Source: Opitutaceae bacterium (GTDB lineage: Bacteria; Verrucomicrobiota; Verrucomicrobiia; Opitutales; Opitutaceae). From it: a DNA stretch of 64,000 nt. Below are positions 59,507 through 64,000 of this stretch, one piece after another (positions within the stretch are counted from its first letter, which is position 1; every line of letters starts with the position of its first letter). The DNA is taken from contig JAIXWY010000015.1 of the NCBI GenBank assembly GCA_027490995.1, forward strand, positions 59,066 to 123,065, in the 5' to 3' direction. Position numbers and translations under genes: made by a program. The notes under the pieces were generated by a model, which saw only the letters and a list, made by a program, of their open reading frames with translations, was not told the DNA's origin and did no database searches.

Positions 59507-60394
59507 ATGCTCTCCACGGAAACACCCAGCAGTCAGCACGTCGACTTGGATCTGTACCGGACCGATGCCCTCGTGGCGGCCCTGATCGAGGACCAAGCGC
59601 GGGCGGCGGCGGCGGTATCGGCCGCAGCGGTCTCTCTCGCTCGGGTCGTGGATGCCGCGGCTCCGCGACTCGCGGCGGGTGGCCGGCTCATCTACGTCGG
59701 GGCGGGAACGTCGGGGCGACTGGGCGTGCTGGACAGCGTGGAGCTGCTTCCGACCTTTTCGTGGCCGACGGATCGAGCGATCGCAGTGATGGCGGGCGGC
59801 CTCTCGGCGGTCTTCACCGCGGTGGAGGGGGCCGAGGACGATCTGGCTCAGGGGGCGGCTGATCTGCGTGCGCAGAACCCCGGGATAAATGACGTGGTGC
59901 TCCTGCTGGCCGCGTCCGGTCAGACTCCCTATGTGCTGGGTGCGCTCGACGCCGCGAAGGCGGCGGGGTCGTTGACGGTGGGGGTGGCGAACAACCCGCA
60001 CTCCCCGCTGGCGGCGCAGGCGGAGATCGGGGTCACGCTCGATACCGGTAGCGAAGTGATTTCCGGGAGTACCCGCTTGAAGGCGGGCACGTCGCAGAAG
60101 ATCGCGCTCAACGTGCTCTCCAGTGCGATTATGGTGCGCCTGCACAAAGTGTACGGCAACCTCATGGTCGACGTCATGCCGACGAATGTGAAGCTGCGCC
60201 GACGTGCTCTGGCGCTGGTGCAGCGGGCCACCGCGGCGGACGAGGCGGCGGCGGGGGCGGCGCTCGCGGCGTGTGGCGGGCACGTGAAGACCGCCATTGT
60301 GATGCTGCGCGGCGGCTGCGCGGCCGATGAGGCCCGCCGGCGGCTGGTGGCGGTGAACGGAAGCGTGCGGGCAGCGATTGCGCAGCGCCCATGA
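59507..60394 (+). CDS. murQ: N-acetylmuramic acid 6-phosphate etherase
   Basis: LSTETPS...LDLY..., SIS domain GGRLIYVGAGTSGRLGVLD, GSTRLKAGTSQKIALN, VMPTNVKL. Divergent from anmK with a 75-bp gap. Confidence 0.92.
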   Translation: MLSTETPSSQHVDLDLYRTDALVAALIEDQARAAAAVSAAAVSLARVVDAAAPRLAAGGRLIYVGAGTSGRLGVLDSVELLPTFSWPTDRAIAVMAGGLSAVFTAVEGAEDDLAQGAADLRAQNPGINDVVLLLAASGQTPYVLGALDAAKAAGSLTVGVANNPHSPLAAQAEIGVTLDTGSEVISGSTRLKAGTSQKIALNVLSSAIMVRLHKVYGNLMVDVMPTNVKLRRRALALVQRATAADEAAAGAALAACGGHVKTAIVMLRGGCAADEARRRLVAVNGSVRAAIAQRP

Positions 60395-62010
60395 GCGCGC
60401 GTCGATTCAATCGCCTGCACGGCCGGGGCTCCGGCGAGTTACATGGCTCTCCCGGCGCGAGCCGCCTGGCGGGCGGTGGCCTCCTGGTCGTGGCGTTGGT
60501 CCTGTGGTTCCTGAGTTTCGCGCCGCCGCCGGCGCGGGCGGACGCGCTGGTTCCCTTTGACGCGCCGCCGCCGGCGCCGCGGGAGTTCCGGGCCGCGTGG
60601 ATCGCGTCGGTGGCGAACATCGATTGGCCGAGTCGTCCGGGGCTCTCGGTGGGTGAACTGCGCGCGGAAATGAAGACCCTGCTCGACACGGCGGTCGAGG
60701 TCGGACTGAACGCCGTGATCCTCCAGGTGCGGCCGGCGGCCGATGCGCTCTATCACTCGCCCTTCGAGCCTTGGTCGGAGTACCTGACCGGTCAGCAAGG
60801 CAAGGCGCCCGGATGGTTCTACGATCCTTTGAATGACTGGGTGGCGGAGGCGCACGCGCGTGGGCTTGAGTTGCACGCGTGGATCAATCCCTACCGGGCG
60901 CGCCATCCCTCGGCGAAGGGGCCGCTGGCGCCGGGTCACCTGGCAAATCAGCGGCCCGATGTGGTGCGGCGTTACGGAGAGTTCCTGTGGATGGATCCGG
61001 CGGAACCCGCGGCGCAGCGGCGCACCCTGGACGTCGCCGCGGACCTCGTGGCCCGGTACGACCTCGATGGCCTGCATATCGACGACTACTTTTACCCCTA
61101 TCCGATCGATGCTCCGGCGGGTTCGGCGGTGGCGGGCAAACTGGATTTCCCGGACGAAGCGGCGTGGCAGCGGTATCGCCAGAGTGGCGGTTCGCTCTCA
61201 CGGGCGGATTGGCGGCGCAGCAACGTCGACAAGCTGGTGCGCGACCTGTACGCGACCGTGCGTCGCGTGAAGCCGTCGGTGCGCTTTGGCATCAGTCCCT
61301 TCGGCATCGGCCGCCCCGACCTGCGCCCGCCCGGCGTGGAAGGGTTCAGCCAGTACGACCAGCTGTATGCGGACGTGGAGCTGTGGCTGGAGCAGGGCTG
61401 GATGGATTATTGTGCGCCCCAATTGTATTGGCCGAGCGACCGCAAGGCGCAGCCCTTCGGCGTGCTGCTTGATTATTGGATCGGCCGTAATCCGAAGGGT
61501 CGACACATGTGGCCGGGTTTGTTCACCAGCTCGGTGGCGGAGACCCCGAAAGGCTGGGCGGCGGAAGAGATCGTGCGCCAGGTGGCGCAGACGCGTGAAC
61601 GGCCGGCGGCGACGGGGCACATTCACTTCAGCATGATCGCGCTCCAGCAGGATCGTCGTGGCGTGGCGGGAAGGCTGCGCACGGAAATGTACGCCCAGCC
61701 CGCGCTGGCGCCGGCCACCCCGTGGCTGAGCACGCAGGTGCCGGAGCCGCCGCAGATTGTCGGGCGCAACCTAGTGGGTCCGGCGGCGGAGCGCTCGTTG
61801 CTCCTCGCGCCTGGACTCGGTGCCGAGGTGGCGCGCTACGCCGTCTGGCGCAGAGAAGCGGGCCAGTGGCGGTTCGCGGTCCAGCCGGCGAAGAACCGGG
61901 TCGTCTCGCTCGCCCCACAAGGCGCCTTCGGTCGCGTCGAGGCGGTGGTGGTGAGCGCAGTGGACCGACTTGGCAACGAGAGCCCTCGCGTCACGGTGGT
62001 ACTGCCTTAA
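60391..62010 (+). CDS. glycoside hydrolase-like family 10 protein (YddW/YngK, UPF0748 type), secreted or anchored
   Basis: The ATG at 60391 overlaps the murQ stop (ATGA). EFRAAWIASVANIDWPS..., LNAVILQVRPAADALYHSPFEPWSEYLTG, ELHAWINPYRA, LDGLHIDDYFYP. Confidence 0.8.
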   Translation: MSARRFNRLHGRGSGELHGSPGASRLAGGGLLVVALVLWFLSFAPPPARADALVPFDAPPPAPREFRAAWIASVANIDWPSRPGLSVGELRAEMKTLLDTAVEVGLNAVILQVRPAADALYHSPFEPWSEYLTGQQGKAPGWFYDPLNDWVAEAHARGLELHAWINPYRARHPSAKGPLAPGHLANQRPDVVRRYGEFLWMDPAEPAAQRRTLDVAADLVARYDLDGLHIDDYFYPYPIDAPAGSAVAGKLDFPDEAAWQRYRQSGGSLSRADWRRSNVDKLVRDLYATVRRVKPSVRFGISPFGIGRPDLRPPGVEGFSQYDQLYADVELWLEQGWMDYCAPQLYWPSDRKAQPFGVLLDYWIGRNPKGRHMWPGLFTSSVAETPKGWAAEEIVRQVAQTRERPAATGHIHFSMIALQQDRRGVAGRLRTEMYAQPALAPATPWLSTQVPEPPQIVGRNLVGPAAERSLLLAPGLGAEVARYAVWRREAGQWRFAVQPAKNRVVSLAPQGAFGRVEAVVVSAVDRLGNESPRVTVVLP

Positions 62011-62044
62011 GCCCCGGCGCTCCCGGCGCCCTCCCGATTTCACG

Positions 62045-63373
62045 ATGAATCCAGCCTCTCACTCCGGCGCGAACCCCGGCCCCTCTCCCTCCTCCGCGCG
62101 GGGTGCGGCGTCGCCGTGGTGGTGGATCCCGACCCTCTATTTCGGCCAGGGAATTCCGTACGTCGTCGTCATGACCCTCTCGGTCGTGATGTACAAGAAC
62201 CTGAAACTCTCGAACACGGAGATCGCGCTCTACACGAGCTGGCTGTACCTGCCGTGGGTCATCAAGCCTCTGTGGGCGCCGCTCGTGGACCTGCTCGGCA
62301 CGAAGCGCGGATGGATTGTGGCGATGCAGTTCCTGGTCGGCGCCGCCTTTGCGCTGGTGGCGTTGACCTTGCCCGCGGCCGACTTCTTCCGTTGGTCGCT
62401 GGCCGTCTTTTGGCTGATGGCGTTTAGCTCGGCCACGCATGACATTGCCGCGGACGGGTTCTATCTCCTCGCGATGCAGCGGCATCAGCAGGCAGCGTTC
62501 GTCGGCGTGCGGAGCACGTTCTACCGCCTCGCGATGATCGCGGGGCAGGGGGGGCTGGTCTTTCTGGCCGGACGTCTGCAGACCGTGCTCGGAGACGTCG
62601 CGCGGGCGTGGTCGTGGGTGTTCATCGGACTGGCGATGGGTTTCGTGGTGCTGGCGGCCCTGCATGCCTTCGTGCTGCCGCGGCCGGAAGCGGACCGACG
62701 GGCGCCGGCCGCGGCGCGCCACTTGGTCCGCGACTTCCTCGCCGTCTTCGCGGCTTTCTTCCGCAAGCCCGAACTCGGCGCCATTCTCGCGTTCTTGCTC
62801 CTCTATCGTCTGGGCGAGGCGCAGTTGCTCAAGCTCGTCACCCCATTCCTGCTCGATGCGCGAGACCGGGGCGGGCTGGGCCTCTCAACGGAGGCGGTGG
62901 GCATCGTCTATGGGACCATCGGGGTCATCGCGCTCACGCTCGGCGGCCTGCTCGGTGGCTGGATGATCTCGCGGCATGGTCTACGCCGCATGCTCTGGCC
63001 GATGCTGCTCGCGACGCACGTCCCGAACTTGGTCTTCGTCGCGCTCGCCACCCTCCAGCCTGACAGCTTGGTGATCGTGGCGGCGGGGTTGGCGACCGAG
63101 CAGTTTGGCTACGGCTTTGGGTTCACCGCCTACATGGTTTACATGATGCGCGTCGCGGAGGGGCAGCACCAGACCGCTCACTACGCGCTGTGCACCGGCT
63201 TCATGGCCCTGGGGATGATGCTCCCCGGAATGGCCGCCGGATGGATCGAGGACCAGATCGGCTACCGGGCCTTCTTCATCTGGGTCTGCCTCGCGACGCT
63301 TCCGTCCTTCGTGGCCGCGGCGCGACTCAAGATCGAGCCGGGCTACGGACGGAAGACCGAGCCGGCCGCGTGA
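62045..63373 (+). CDS. ampG: AmpG-family muropeptide MFS transporter
   Basis: ORF 61970..63373, trimmed to the ATG at 62045. LYFGQGIPYVVVMTLSVVMYKNLKLSNTEIALYTSWLYLPWVIKPLWAPLVD... and about 12-14 TM helices. Confidence 0.85.
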   Translation: MNPASHSGANPGPSPSSARGAASPWWWIPTLYFGQGIPYVVVMTLSVVMYKNLKLSNTEIALYTSWLYLPWVIKPLWAPLVDLLGTKRGWIVAMQFLVGAAFALVALTLPAADFFRWSLAVFWLMAFSSATHDIAADGFYLLAMQRHQQAAFVGVRSTFYRLAMIAGQGGLVFLAGRLQTVLGDVARAWSWVFIGLAMGFVVLAALHAFVLPRPEADRRAPAAARHLVRDFLAVFAAFFRKPELGAILAFLLLYRLGEAQLLKLVTPFLLDARDRGGLGLSTEAVGIVYGTIGVIALTLGGLLGGWMISRHGLRRMLWPMLLATHVPNLVFVALATLQPDSLVIVAAGLATEQFGYGFGFTAYMVYMMRVAEGQHQTAHYALCTGFMALGMMLPGMAAGWIEDQIGYRAFFIWVCLATLPSFVAAARLKIEPGYGRKTEPAA

Positions 63374-63376
63374 TCC

Positions 63377-64000
63377 TCAACGTTTTTCGAGGAGCTGACG
63401 GGCGCCGTTGATCACGCGGTCCCACTGCAGTGCCGGCCCCGGGTCCACCTTGTTGGCCTGGATGTGGAAGTGGCCGAGGACGCCTTGGTAGTTGCGCAGC
63501 ACGTCGTCGGGCAGCTTGCGGGTGACCAGTGCGCCGTTCGCGTCGCGCGGATAGTCACACGTGATCTTGGGGAAGACGGCGCAGAGCGCGGCGGTGAGCT
63601 TGACCAGCGCTTCGTACTGCTCCGGCGTAAGGTCGTACTGCGTGAGTGAGTCGCCCTGAATTTCGCCGGTGATGGCGTCCGGCCGATCGGGTCGGCCGAC
63701 GAAGCCCGGAGTGCGGACCGCGGGGTCGCCGAGCCCCGGTGGAATGGTCAGGACCGTGCCCTTCGCGTCGCGGCCGTACCAGCGGGCGAAGGGGTGTTTC
63801 TCGGTGGCGCGGTAGGCACCCATGTTCGCGATCTCGATGCCGATGGAGCGATCGTTGGAGGTCGTCGCGTGCCACGCCCGCTCCTTCAGGTCGAGCGTCT
63901 GGTAGATCGTCCCATCGACATCCAACATGAAATGCACGCTGAGTCCGCGCTGGTCGTGCAGCACGTCGAAGCAGGCCTTGCTGATGCCGCAGACGTCGTA
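63377..64000 (-). CDS. N-acetylmuramoyl-L-alanine amidase (Amidase_2 / AmpD-like), partial; N-terminus lies beyond the right edge
   Basis: The frame stays open to position 64000 (...YDVCGISKACFDVLHDQRGLSVHFMLDVDGTIYQTLDLKERAWHATTSNDRSIGIEIANMG...). HF..D.DG.I.Q...AWHA...N..SIGIE is the Amidase_2 Zn-site pattern. Confidence 0.8.
   Translation of the reverse strand, partial: YDVCGISKACFDVLHDQRGLSVHFMLDVDGTIYQTLDLKERAWHATTSNDRSIGIEIANMGAYRATEKHPFARWYGRDAKGTVLTIPPGLGDPAVRTPGFVGRPDRPDAITGEIQGDSLTQYDLTPEQYEALVKLTAALCAVFPKITCDYPRDANGALVTRKLPDDVLRNYQGVLGHFHIQANKVDPGPALQWDRVINGARQLLEKR

Overview
High-GC, densely coding bacterial chromosomal segment with about 50 protein genes and one tRNA-Pro. I found no rRNA, CRISPR array, IS element or prophage gene. 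The gene content points to a diderm of the PVC group, probably Verrucomicrobiota/Opitutae-like. This is an inference from a PVC-type dehydrogenase-HEAT-CxxCH heme protein, a TonB-dependent receptor, and many secreted amidohydrolase and Gfo/Idh/MocA proteins. Most of the window is housekeeping: carB-purU, sdhCAB (b558 type), lysA, metX and metW, fdhD, a ribose-type sugar ABC importer, a small sugar-phosphate/polyol cluster, and a peptidoglycan-recycling island (dacB ... anmK, murQ, GHL10-like hydrolase, ampG, amidase). The most unusual locus is at 31.8-34.2 kb. A 65-codon ORF with a double-glycine-type leader sits 50 nt upstream of an ABC exporter carrying an apparently intact C39 peptidase domain. 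No membrane-fusion, outer-membrane, immunity or modification genes are nearby. Other points worth a second look:
- a translationally coupled amidohydrolase pair in which the second copy has lost the metal-binding histidines
- an 1145-aa conserved protein with an HPrK/PEPCK-like P-loop, which may be a PPi-type PEPCK
- a structured leader upstream of metX
- a 415-bp non-coding gap with a repeated 12-mer
- two convergent gene pairs whose 3' ends overlap.
In the ORF track, M can stand for a GTG or TTG start. Many track ORFs are N-terminally over-extended or are antisense shadow ORFs typical of high-GC DNA. I trimmed starts by hand, so start coordinates are less certain than stops. All family assignments come from reading motifs by eye; no searches were run.
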